From NCBI RefSeq assembly GCF_009914755.1, contig NC_060948.1: 64,000 nt of DNA, one strand, 5' to 3'. Both the position numbers and the translations under genes were made by a program. This document shows positions 17,746-32,337 of this stretch, in pieces. Under the pieces are notes generated by a model that did not search any database, was not told the DNA's origin, and was given only the letters and a program-made list of their open reading frames with translations. Each line of letters opens with the position of its first letter. Within the stretch, counting starts at the first letter, position 1. The DNA is from the human T2T-CHM13v2.0 reference genome, Homo sapiens.

Positions 17746-18349
17746 CTTTCTCTACCCTCCAAATTCTATGGTTTTTGAAATTCCTCTGAAGACCACATGA
17801 GCCAAGCATCAAGGATCATTGTTCTTTAGGCTACTCAGGCTATTCCAGGAAGAGAGATCTCTCAAACTACGTTGACACTTAAGAGTCATGTATAGATAGT
17901 ACCAGATCTAGGAGGAGGGCTGTCAAATATCCAGATTCTTTTCTGGTCTCCATTCCAAAAGATATGTTAAAATGACAAGGAAAATAAGACACAAACCTGA
18001 CATTTCTCCCTTTAAAAGGGCAGCCTCAGCCTGGCCACACTGAACCAAAATTTCAGGCTCTGGTTCACCTTGACTCACATTGGAAAATACTTGAACTGGG
18101 ACCCCAGAATGTCCAGTGAAAATCTTGAGAATGGGCACCTCAGCAGCCTGAACACACCTGTAACAGGAACAAACCCTACCAAGTAAGAAGCCATCTCATT
18201 TACTTAGAAAACCATACCAGCAATGTGCACACACATCAGGCTTTTTAGATAAACTCCTGTTAATCCAAGGATTCAAGAAAAAGGAAAAAAAAAGTTTGAA
18301 TCTAGATTCTCAGGAAGAAGAACCTCCACTGCCTGGACCAGCCTGTATG

Positions 18350-19120
18350 ATGGATGCAACTGACAGTGGTAACTTGTCTTGCACATACCTGAAGACTGAT
18401 CTTATATAAAAAATGTTTCTGAGTGTTCAGAGTTTCAAGCTAAAAATCTACTAGTGGCCTGGCCAGCTGCAGTGGGTCAGGCCTGTACTCCCAGCAGTTT
18501 GGGAGGCCAAATCAGATGGATCATCTGAGGTCAGGAGTTCAAGAACCACCTTATCAACATGAAGAATCCTGGTCTCTACTAAAAATACAAAATTAGCCAG
18601 GTATCATGGCAAATGCTTGTCATCCTAGCTACTCAGAAGGCTGAGGCAGAGGAATCACTTGAACCTGTGAGGCGGAGGTTTCGGTGAGCTGAGATTGTGC
18701 AAACACCCTCCAGCCTGGGCAACAAGAGTGAAACTTCATTTCAAAAAAAAAAAAAAAAAAAATCTAGTAGTGGCCAACCTGGAGATTACTCTTTATCTAT
18801 GAGGAAAGTCTGAGCCTTTGCTCTCTCCCATGCTGTGGTATGGAGTAGGCCACACAGGGGACTGAGGCCCTTATTTTTTGTTAAATGAAGGACAACAGAT
18901 AAAAGATTGTTCAGAAAAAATGTGCTTAATAAATATGCTATGCACACTGCATGCTTTTTCCAAGTGGACGTGGTTATCCTGCTAAGCCCACTGACACTGG
19001 ACTTTCTCCCCTCTATGTAAGTCGCCAGTAAAACTCCATATCCTATTTACTGATTCTGAGTTTCTTCTTTGACATCGTGAACCTGCTGCCATTTACATGG
19101 GAGTCAAATTTGACACAACT
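18350..19120 (+). mobile_element. ERV1-class LTR interrupted by an Alu; family uncertain, boundaries approximate
   Basis: agtggccaacctggagatt...tgtaagtcgccagtaaaac...gacacaac architecture resembling MER4-group LTRs. Confidence 0.5.
18461..18757 (+). mobile_element. AluSx/Sq-like with 18-bp TSD
   Basis: TSD aaaaatctactagtggcc / aaaaatctagtagtggcc. Confidence 0.96.
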
Positions 19121-19899
19121 TACCCCATAATGAGGAAGGATTTCAGATTCTTCTCAATGTGCTTCAAAGCTCAACAAGGCATCAGCTACAGAAGGATGCA
19201 GTTGTTCTCTTTACCACTATCACACAGGGCTCGTTTCCTTAGATGCACCTTCAGTGGAATACCAAGAAAGATGAACAAGAAACACGTCATGGTCAGAAGC
19301 AACATTAATGACCAAATAAGCAGTGACCACTTGTAAAGCAAAAGGGAGCATTTTGCTTTCTACTCTGGGCAGCCCTCAATGTCTGCCATCACTTTCTGGT
19401 TTCAGTAATGGTTTTTAAGCTCCATCGTGGCTCTGGAGAAACCTTAGGCACTAGGTGGTAAACACCTTCACTTAGTCCTGGAGCAACAAAGCTTTCTCTT
19501 GTCAAATATGACCTCTGTGATCATGAGCTACTAAGCCATCTAGACAATACACCACCAGAAAACCTATGAAAGGGAGATGAGTAGACATGAGGGAAACAAT
19601 TTCCCACTTTTTTCAGTGGCAAGTTCAAACAACTGTGACAGTAGATCACAGAGCAAAAGAAAACAGCATAGTAGAACTCCTCATCATGTAAGATTACAAC
19701 CAAGACTTTTCTATCCTCAGTGTGAGAGCACCAAATGAAAACCAGAAATTACTTCACTGTGTATCTATCAGTAATTAATTGCACAATATTTTCTCTATCA
19801 TACTGAAAAGTATTCACTGAGGATTTTCTAATTGAACATGTAGAGATAAAGACAGGAGAATGTAAAATAGCAATTCCATAAAATCATTAAAGAAATTGA

Positions 19900-22800
19900 A
19901 GGTATCTTTGTTAACTTTCTGTCTCATTGATCTGCCTAATGTTGACAGTGGGGTGTTAAAGTCTCCTGTTATTATTGTAGGAATTGAATTCAGCTCTGCA
20001 CCAGGCGGACCTAATAGATGTCTACAGAACTCTCCACCCCAAATCAACAGAATATACGTTCTTCTCAGAACCACACCCCAACCATTCCAAAATCAACCAT
20101 ATAGTTGGAAGTAAAGCACACCTCAGCAAATGTAAAAAAACAGAAATTATAACAAAATGTCTCTCAGACCACAGTGCAATCAAACTAGAACTCAGGATTA
20201 AGAAACTCACTCAAAACCTCTCAATTACATGGAAACTGAACAACCTGCTCCTGAATGACTACTGGGTACCTAACGAAATGAAGTCAGAAATAAAGTTGTA
20301 CCTTGAGACTAATAAGAACAAACACACAACATACCAGAATCTCTGGGACACATTTAAAGCAGTGTGTAGATGGATATTTATAGCACTATATGCCCACAAG
20401 AGAAAGCAGGAAAGATCTAAAATTGACACCCTAACATCACAATTAAAAGAACTAGAGAAGCAAGAGCAAACACATTCAAAAGCTAGCAGAAGGCAAGAAA
20501 TAACTAAGGTCAGAGCAGAATTGAAGGAGATAGAGACATAAAAAGCCTTTCAAAAAACCAATGATTCCAGGAGCTGGTTTTCTGAAAAGATCAACAAAAC
20601 TGATAGACCACTAGCAAGACTAATAAAGAAGAAAAGAGAGAAGAATCAAATAGATGCAATAAAAAATGATAAAGGGGATATCACAACTGATCCCACAGAA
20701 ATACAAACTACCTTCAGAGAATACTACAAACACCTCTAGGCAAATAAACTAGAAAATCTAGAAGAAATTGATAAATTCCTTGACACATACACCCTCCCAA
20801 GACTAAACCGGGAAGAAGTTGAATCTCTGAATAGACCAATAATAGGCTCTGAATTTGAGGCAATAATTAACAGCTTACCAACAAAAAAAAGTCCAGGACC
20901 AGATGGATTCACAGCCGAATTCTACCAGAGGTGCAAGGAGGAGCTGGTACCATTCCTTCTGAAACTAGTCCAATCAATAGAAAAAGAGGAAATCCTCCCT
21001 AACTCATTTTATGAGGCCAACATCACCCTAACACCAAAGCCTGGCAGAGACACAACCAAAAAAGAGAATTTTAGAACAATATCCCTGATGAATATCTATG
21101 CAAAAATCCTCAATAAAATACTGGCAAACCATATCCAACAGCACATCAAAAAGCTTATCCACAATGATCAAGTGGGCTTCATCCCTGGGATGCAAGGCTG
21201 TTTCAACATATGAAAATCAATACACGTAATCCGGCATATAAACAGAAAAGAAACAAAGGCAAAAACCACATGATTATCTCAATAGATGCAGAAAAGGTCT
21301 TTGACAAAATTCAACAGCACTTCATGCTAAAAACTCTCAATAAATTAGGTATTGACAGGACGTATCTAAAAATAATAAGAGCTAATTATGAAAAACCCAC
21401 AGCCAATCTTATACTCAATGGGCAAAAACTGGAAGCATTCCCTTTGAAAACTGGCACAAGAAAGGGATGCCCTCTCTCACCACTCCTATTCAACATGGTG
21501 TTGGAAGTTCTGGCCAGGGCAATTAGGCAGGAGAAGGAAATAAAGGATTTTCAATTAGGAAAAGAGGAAGTCAAATTGTCCCTGTGTGCAGATGACATGA
21601 TTGTATATCTAGAAAACCCCATTATCTCAGCCCAAAATCTCCTTAAGCTGATCAGCAACTTCAGCAAAGTCTCAGGACACAAAAGAAATGTGCAAAAATC
21701 ACAAGCATTCTTATACACCAATAAGAGACAAACAGAGAGCCAAATCATGAGTGAACTGTCATTCACAATTGCTTCAAAGAGAATAAAATACCTAGGAATC
21801 CAACTTACAAGGGATGTGAAGGACGTCTTCAAGTAGAACTACAAACCACTGCTCAGTGAAATAAAAGAGGACACAAACAAATGGAAGAACATTCCATGCT
21901 CATGGATAGGAAGAATCAATATCGTGACAATGGCCATACTGCCCAAGGTAATTTGTAGATTCAATGCCATCCCCATGAAGCTACCAATGACTTCCTGCAC
22001 AGAATTGGAAAAAACTACTTTAAAGTTCATATGGAACCATAAAAGAGACTGCATTGCCCAGTCAATCCTAAGCCAAAAGAACAAAGCTGGAGACATCATG
22101 CTACCTGTCTTCAAACTATACTACAAGGCTACAGTAACCAAAGCAGCATGGTACTGGTACCAAAACAGAGATCTAGGCCATTGGAACAGATCAGAGCCCT
22201 CAGAAATAATACCACACATCCACAACTATCTGATCTTTGACAAACCTGACAAAGACAAGAAATGGGGAAAGGATTCCGCATTCAATAAATGGTGCTGGGA
22301 AAACTGGCTAGCCATATGTAGAAAGCTGAAACTGGATTCCTTCCTTACACCTTATACAAAAATTAAGTTAAGATGGATTAAAGACTTAAATGTTAGACCA
22401 AAAACCATAAAATCCCTAGAAGAAAACCTAGGCAATACCATTCAGGACCTAGGCAAGGGCAAGGACTTCATGTCTAAAACACCAAAAGCAATGGCAACAA
22501 AAGACAAAATTGACAAATGGGATCTAATTAAACTGAAGAGCTTCTGCACAGCAAAAGAAACTACCATCAGAGAGAACAGGCAACCTACAGAATGGGAGAA
22601 AATTTTTGCAATCTACTCATCTGAAAAAGGACTAATATCCAGAATCTACAATGAGCTCAAACAAATTTACAAGAAAAAAACAAACAACCCCATCAAAATG
22701 TGGGCGAAGAATATGAACAGACACTTCTCAAAAGAAGACATTTACGCAGCCAAAAAACCATGAAAAAATGCTCATCATCACTGGCCATCAGAGAAATGCA

Positions 22801-23545
22801 AATCAAAACCACAATGAGATACCATCTCACACCAGTTAGAATGGCGATCATTAAAAAGTCAGGAAACAACAGATGCTGGAGAGGTTGTGGAGAATAGGAA
22901 CACTTTTACACTGTTGGTGGGACATAATGTAGTTCAACCATTGTGGAAGTCAGTGTGGTGATTCCTCAGGGAACTAGAACTAGAAATACCATTTGACCCA
23001 GCCATCCCATTACTGCGTATATACCCAAAGGACTATAAATCATGCTGCTATAAAGACACATGCACACATATGCTTATTGAGGCACTATGCACAATAGCAA
23101 AGACTGGGAACCAACCCAAATGTCCAACAATGATAGACTGGATTAAGAAAATGTGGCACATATATCCCATGGAATACTACGCAGCCATAAAACAGGATGA
23201 GTTCATGTCCTTTGCAGGGACATGGATGAAACTGGAAACCATCATTCTCAGCAAACTATCTCAAGTTCTCACTCATAGATGGGAACTGAACCAAACACCG
23301 CAAGTTCTCACTCATAGGTGGGAATTGAACAATGAGAACACATGGACGCAGGAAGAGGAACATCACACACCATGGCCTGTTGTGGCGTGGGGCGAGGGGG
23401 GAGGGATAGCATTAGGAGATAGATATACCTAATGTTAAATGACGAGATAATGGATGCAGCACACCAACATGGCACACATATACATATATAACTAACCTGC
23501 ATGTTGTACACATGTACCCTAAAACTTAAAGTGTAATTAAAAAAA
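19900..23545 (+). mobile_element. 5'-truncated L1PA4-like with short 5' inversion (19900-19978 antisense)
   Basis: ORF2 fragments (RT motif reads CADD); 3'UTR ctaatgttaaatgacgag...cacaccaacatggcac...ccctaaaact. Confidence 0.92.
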
Positions 23546-23619
23546 GAGAAAAATACTGTTGTATTATAAAATAAATAAATAAATAAATATAAAAAATTTT
23601 AAAAGAAAAAACGTAGGGA

Positions 23620-25680
<2,061 letters not shown>

Positions 25681-26140
25681 AAGAGAGAAATACCACCTAG
25701 GTTTTGTAATCAATCATATGTCACAATTCCTTTGACAAGCAATACTCAGGCAGGGGAAGAGAATTACACTTCCTAGATGCTAGTTTCAGCGATATTTCTA
25801 AATGTCCTCAGGGGGTTGAGCACGGGCTGGAGAGGCATATCACCTAGCTGATAGGCCCAGCGATATGTGATAATATCCCCTGTTGACAAGGCTCCTGCAA
25901 AAGAGTAACATTATTATTATTCTGACCAAGTGATATGTAAGAATGCGCCCATGGAAAAAAAAATTAAGCCACAATCTCACAACACCTCGATATTAGGCCC
26001 AGTGACATGACACAATCTCATGATTTTTGAGGTTGACACTTTTAACTTTTAGGTGAGGGTGTATATTAGAAACATGTGAGCTGGGTCAATATATGAAACT
26101 CTGTACAACATCTCAGGGCTTTATAAAACCTGCAGGAAGA

Positions 26141-26462
26141 GGCAAGGTATGGTGGCTCATGCCAGTAATCCCAGCACTTTGGGAGGCTGAGGTGGGTAGA
26201 TCACGAGGTCAGGAGTTCAAGACCCATCTGACCAAGATGGTGAAACCCCGTATCTACTAAAAATACAAAAAATTGGCCAGATGTGGTGGCAGGCACCTTT
26301 AATCCCAGCTACTTTGGAAGCTGAGGCAAAAGAATCGCTTGAACTCATAGGAAAGATGTCACAGTAAGCTGAGATCACATCACTGCACTCCAGCCTGGGT
26401 GACAGAGTGAGAGTTCATCTCAAGAAAAAAAAAAAAAAGAAAAAAAAAAGAAAAAAAAGAAA
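26141..26462 (+). mobile_element. AluSg-like in unit A
   Basis: TSD aaaacctgcaggaaga / aaaacctccatgaaga. Confidence 0.95.
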
Positions 26463-27234
26463 AAAACCTCCATGAAGATTGTAAACCTCTCTGAGGCCTA
26501 GGTGCTCATATGGACTTACAATCTTACATATTGTCCTAAGCCTAAGTTTGATAGTCAACATCTCTCCTATAGTCAGGGTTAAGGGAGAAGACCCATTATT
26601 ATGTCTGTGGGCTGGGTCCAGAAATGAGTCATCTTTCCACATGTGGCCAGATCAACATATAAAAGTCACAATTCCACCTCTGCTGTATTTCCTTGTTACA
26701 CTCAGGACTTCAAAAGTGGGCTTTGTAAATGTGGGATGGTGAAAACTTGTAATTTCACCTGGGTGCATAACTGAAAGTCCCAATCTAATCTTTTTGTGGG
26801 GTCCTGTTGTGAAACTCCCTACCAACAAAGAGGTTATACAATATAAGTTAGTGTTGTAAGCTTCTGTCAGCTTTGAATATATATGCAACCCCAGAGTTTA
26901 TCTATTGCCCTAAGCTTAGCAATGAGAGGCAAAATATCTCCTATTGGCTGAATCCAAATATAAGTTTGATCATCATGCCTGTGAATTGAAGCAAGGTATA
27001 TGTCATAATCCTATTTGTGGGCATAAAACTAGGCAGGAGGGTAACATCACTTAGATACTGTGTCACAGTGCCTTGTGATGCTGTGTCACAATGCCTTCTC
27101 TAGGCAGGGTATGATAAATTGGGTCACATTAGCTGGGTACTCAACCCAGCAATATGATACCGTCCCACTTGTGGAAAAAATCCAGCCAAGTTATGAGAGC
27201 CAAAACACCTACATAGTGGGCCCAAGATATGTCA

Positions 27235-27266
27235 AAACAAACAAACAAACAAACAAACAAACAAAA
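27235..27266 (+). repeat. (AAAC)n microsatellite grown inside a satellite monomer
   Basis: Other units read gtcaaaatac at this site. Confidence 0.85.
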
Positions 27267-30200
27267 ACCTTCGGTGGCTCCAGTATAGGCAGGAGAGACA
27301 CATTGTAAGGGTGCTGGGCCCAGCAATATGCAATATGCCATCAATTTTTCTTTATGCAGAACCCACACTAAAGAGTAACATCATCTGGGTGCTGGGCCAT
27401 GCAATAAGTCAAAATTTGTTATTTTGTGGGCATGGATTAGGAAAAAGAGGTGAGTCACCTATCCTGAGTGCTGGGCTCAGCAATGTGCCAAAATCCTTCT
27501 ATTGTGAAGGTCCAGGCAGACAAAGAACATCATATCACTTAGGTCATGGGCTCAGAGATATGTCCAATATCTCCAGTAGGCGAGGCTCAGGTAGATGAGG
27601 AGAGTCATATCATCTACGTGCTTCCCTAGAAATATGTCACAATGTAACACATAGACAGAAACCAGGTAGGGGAGCCACATCACTTGGGTGCTGGGTCCTG
27701 AGATATGTCACAAGGCTCTCTTAGGACAGCACCCAGCAAAGAGTTACATCATCTAGGTGTAGATTTTCTGCTTATTCCACAATGTTTTATTTGGGTAGGT
27801 CTAAAGGAGGGAGCCACTTCATCTAGGCGGTAGACCCCAAGGTATGTCACAATGTCCTCTATGAAGTATAGTCCTGGCAAAAGAGTACCATCAACTGTGT
27901 GCCTGGCCTAGAAATATATTACTCCAGGTTGGCAAGGCCCAAGCAGGAGAGCCATATAACCCAGGTGACAGGCCTGGATATAAATCACAGTGCCCTCCCT
28001 TGAACATGGCTTTGGCAAAATAGTACCTTCAACTGTGTGCCTGGCCTTGCAATATGTCATTATCCATCCTTTGTGTATGGCCCATTCCAGAGAGCAGAGA
28101 TACATCACCTATAATGGGGGCATAGAAATATATGCAATAATTTTGGTGGACATGGCACAGGCAAGAATGTAACATCAGCTGGGTGCTAGATTCAGTTGTA
28201 TGTCACCATCCTTACTTAGAGAAGGGCCCAGGCAGGAGAATAACATCACCTTGAGGTTGGCCTAGCTAGATAGCACAATACCATATTTGGGCCGGAATAA
28301 GTCTGCAGAGTCAAATTATACAGGTGCTTGGCAAAGATTTATATCACAATCACAGTGTCAGATAATTGCAAAGGTGAGATTTACAGTACCCCACATATCC
28401 TTTTTTTCATGTGTGACATTTGGCTTTATCCGTGTGAGATGATGACAGCCTTTACTGTCAGCTGGGTGTGCATGCAAGACTCACAATTTAACCTGTGTTC
28501 TGAGCCCTGCTACAACTCTGTCTCTATAACCCAAAGACTTTGTAAAATATATGCGAATGTTGTAATCTTTTGTGGCATTTGTATAAGAACGTTATTCAGG
28601 ATATCATGCATGTACCTAAACTTGGTTATAAGAGTCAAAATAACCTCTGTTAGCTGAATCCCCATATGACAATCATCATCATTCCTTTGAACCATGCCTA
28701 GGTACATATTACAATCCTCTGTATGGCTATGAAGCAGGTGGAACAGCCATATTATTGAAATGCCGGGCCAGAATTATTCCAATATTCTCTTTGTAGGCAA
28801 AGCTTTGTCAGAAATGCCACCAAACTTTTGTGCTAGGTCCAAATATGTTGCACAGTGTCCTTTGTGTGAGGTGTCAGAGCAGGAGAGTAGAGACATTTCA
28901 CCTAAATGGTGGGCCCAAAAATTTGTAACAATGCCTCCTGTTAACAGGGCCCAAGCACAGTAGTCATATCACTTGGGTGCAGTGTTTAGAAATGCTACAA
29001 TTACCAAAGGAAGCAGAATACAGGCAGTAGAGGGTAGAGGAGAGTCCCGTAACCTAGTTGATGGGTCCAGAAATCTATCACAATCCCCGCTGAGGATTGT
29101 ACTAGCACAGTCAAATCACCAAGGTGCTTGGCCCAGGTATATGTCAAAATCTCTTTTGTGGGCTATACCTGGCAAATTATTAAATCATTCTGGAGCTGGG
29201 AAAAGTTTTATGTCACAATTATACTTGTGGGGAGGTTTAGAAATAAGAGTCATTATCTTGCACATGTTCTGGCTCCAGGTATATGAGTTGTTATAAGGCT
29301 TTTATTATGGTGTCAGATATATGGCACAATATCACCTGTGGACACAGAGAAGGCAAGAAAGTCAAATCACCTACTTGGGTGTGGGTCCTGCGAGATGTCA
29401 CAATACCCCTTGTGTGAAGGTCTTTGTGGGAAAGTCACATCACCTGGCTGCTGGTTTCAGTGACATATCAAAAACTCCTCTGTGGGCAGGACTTTGGAAA
29501 AAGAGGAGACACAATTCACTTAGGCAACTGGCCTAGGTATATTTCATAGTGTCTTTTCTGTACAGTACCAAACCTGGAGCATGATCACACATTGGTGCTG
29601 GACCCAACAATATGTCACAATCTCCCTGTAATCAAGACAAAGGCTAAAGCAAAAAAGAAACACAACTTAGGTGTTGAGCCAAGTGATACATTACAATGCT
29701 TCCTGTTGGCAGATCCCAGGAAGGAGAATCACATCACCTGGGTGCATTGCACACTTATGTGTCACAATGTACTGTAAGTGCTTGTCCAAGGCAGTATAAG
29801 GTTGTCACATCACATACATGATGGACCGAGATACGAGACACAATTCTATTTGCAGGCAGGTTTCAGGCAGATAATTCACTTTACCCAGGTGATGGTCCAG
29901 GAATATATAAAAGTGTCATTTTGTAGGCATAGCCAAAGAAGGTGTTATACATGGCTTACGTGTCTGTTCCACGTATGGCACAATTTCATTCTAGGCTTTG
30001 GCCTAGAAGAGACTGTCAAATTATTCATATGCTGGGCAAATTTACCTGTCTCAATCATACTCTTAGAAACATTGAGAAATATGTTTTTTATCGCACATGA
30101 ATCCTGGTTTTGTGTATTTGAGTTAACTCTTTCTATGAGTTGGGTCGAAGTAGAGGAGTCACAATCCCAACCATGGGCAAGATCCATGTATAGTAGCCTC

Positions 30201-31996
30201 AATCCTACTTGAATATCATGTTCCAGTAGGAGAGTCAGAGCATCACAAGTGTGCTGAATCATGTTTCAAATATTACCAAACTACCTGTGAATCAGATCCA
30301 TGTACTATAGTAATTATTTCAAGCTTTGACTGCTTTTTATGAGTGAGATTTAGTATCACATTCCTAGGCCCTGTTTATGTGTCAGAATGACTACCGTGTC
30401 AGCTAGGTGTGCATACAAGAGTCACGTTCTCACCTGGTTGCTGTTCTCTGTTATGACACTGTTATGACGCTGTTATGTACCAATAAGGCTTTATATGATA
30501 TACCACAGCGTTATAATCCTTCATGAATATTATGCAAGTGAAAAACCCAGGACCTTACCCATGGCAGTGCAACTGGCTATGAGAGTCACACCATCCCTAC
30601 TGGCTGGGTCCAGGAATGAGAGTCATTATTGCACATGTGTGCTTATCCCAGTTATATGTCACACTTTCACCTATGAGCTGGGACAATGTGGGAGAGTCAC
30701 ATAACCTGGGTACTGAGCCACTGACACAATATGGTCTCATTTGTAGGCTGGGCCTAGTCAGAAGGGTCAAATCAGTAGATGTTGGGCTCTGCAAAATGTA
30801 ATAATTCCCTCTCTTGACAGAGTTTAGGATATGAAGGAGAGTCACATCACCTATGTTTTGTAATCAGTGGTATGTCACCACATCTGTGGTAAGCAGGACC
30901 CCGTCAGGAGAAGAGAGTCACATGACCTAGATGTTTGGTCAAATGATATTTCACCATGTACTCTGGGGGTGGGTACAGGCAGGAGAGACAAATCACCTAT
31001 CTCTTAGGCCCAGAGATATGTGATAATATCCCTTGTTTGCAGGGTCCAGGCAGAAGTAACAAGATTATGATTCTAACCCTGCAATATGTCAAAATGCATC
31101 TATGGGGAAAAAATTAAGCCAAAAAGTCTCAACACCTGGGTACTAGGCCTAGTAATAGGTCAAATCTTTTGTTTTTGTGGGTGATATCATTAAATTGAGC
31201 TGGGTGTGTATATGAGATTCACAATATCATGTGTTCTTTGGGCTATTGTATGACACTCTACAACATTTGAAGGCTTTATACAGCATGCATCAGGGTTGCA
31301 AACTACTCTGAAGCCTATGTGCTCAGAGGGATTCATGAGCTTACCTATATCCCTAAACCCATGGATAATAGTAAACATCTTTTATGTGGGATGGTTTTAG
31401 GTATGAGACCCATTATTATGCCTATGAGCTGGAAACAGAAATAAGTCACCATCCCACCTGTGGCCAGATCCACATATGAAGGTCAAAATTCCAACCTGGT
31501 ACTGTATTCACTTGTTAGACTCACGATGTTAACAGTGGGCTTTGGACATGTGGGATGGTGACAACATTTGCTTTTACCTGGGCATGTAATTGAAGGTCCC
31601 AATCTGAATTTTCTGCTGGTCCCTGTCATGAAACTCTCTGTACCAATCAAGCAACTTATACATTATGAGTTAGTGTTGTAAAGTTCTGTGAGCGTTCTAC
31701 AAATATGCAACCAAGGACCTTACTTATTGCCCTATGCCTAGTGATGAAAGGCAAAATATCTCCTATTGTCTGTATCCAAGTTTAAGTTTGACCATTATGC
31801 CTGTAAACTGAAATAAGGTATATGTCATAGTCCCATTTGTGGGCAAAAAACTAGGCAGGAGGGTAACGTTACTTAGGTGCTGTGCCAAGTAACATGTCCC
31901 AATGTCCTCTCTAGGGAGTGTATAGGAATTAGAGTCACATTAACTAGATGCTGGACTCAGCAATATGCCCCCATCTCAAATGTGGGAAAAAATCCA

Positions 31997-32337
31997 GGCT
32001 GGGCACCATGCCACACGCCTGTAATCCCAGCACTTTGGGTGGCCAAGGCAGGCAAATCACGAGGACAAGAGTTCTAGACCAGCCTGACCAACATAATGAA
32101 ACCCCGTCTCTACTAAAAATACAAAGATGAGCCGAGCATGGTGGCACATGCCTGTAATCCCAGCCACTCAGGAGGCTGAGGCAGGAGAACAGCTTGAACC
32201 TAGGAGGCGGAGGTTGCACTGAGCCGAGATCACACCATTGTACTCCAGAGCTCCAGGCTGGGTGACAGAGCAAGATTCCATCCCCCCACCAAAAACAAAC
32301 AAACAAACAAATAAAATAAAAATAAAAAAATAAAAAA
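31997..32337 (+). mobile_element. AluSg-like in unit B
   Basis: Full Alu splitting aaaaaatcca|gccaagtta. Confidence 0.95.

Noticed and set aside
17923-18138. Possible KRAB exon (…LTYLLEWRPEK…)
   Set aside because: No KRAB-A signature (TF.DV.I.F..EEW, VMLENY), wrong strand relative to the ZNF exon; resemblance is superficial.
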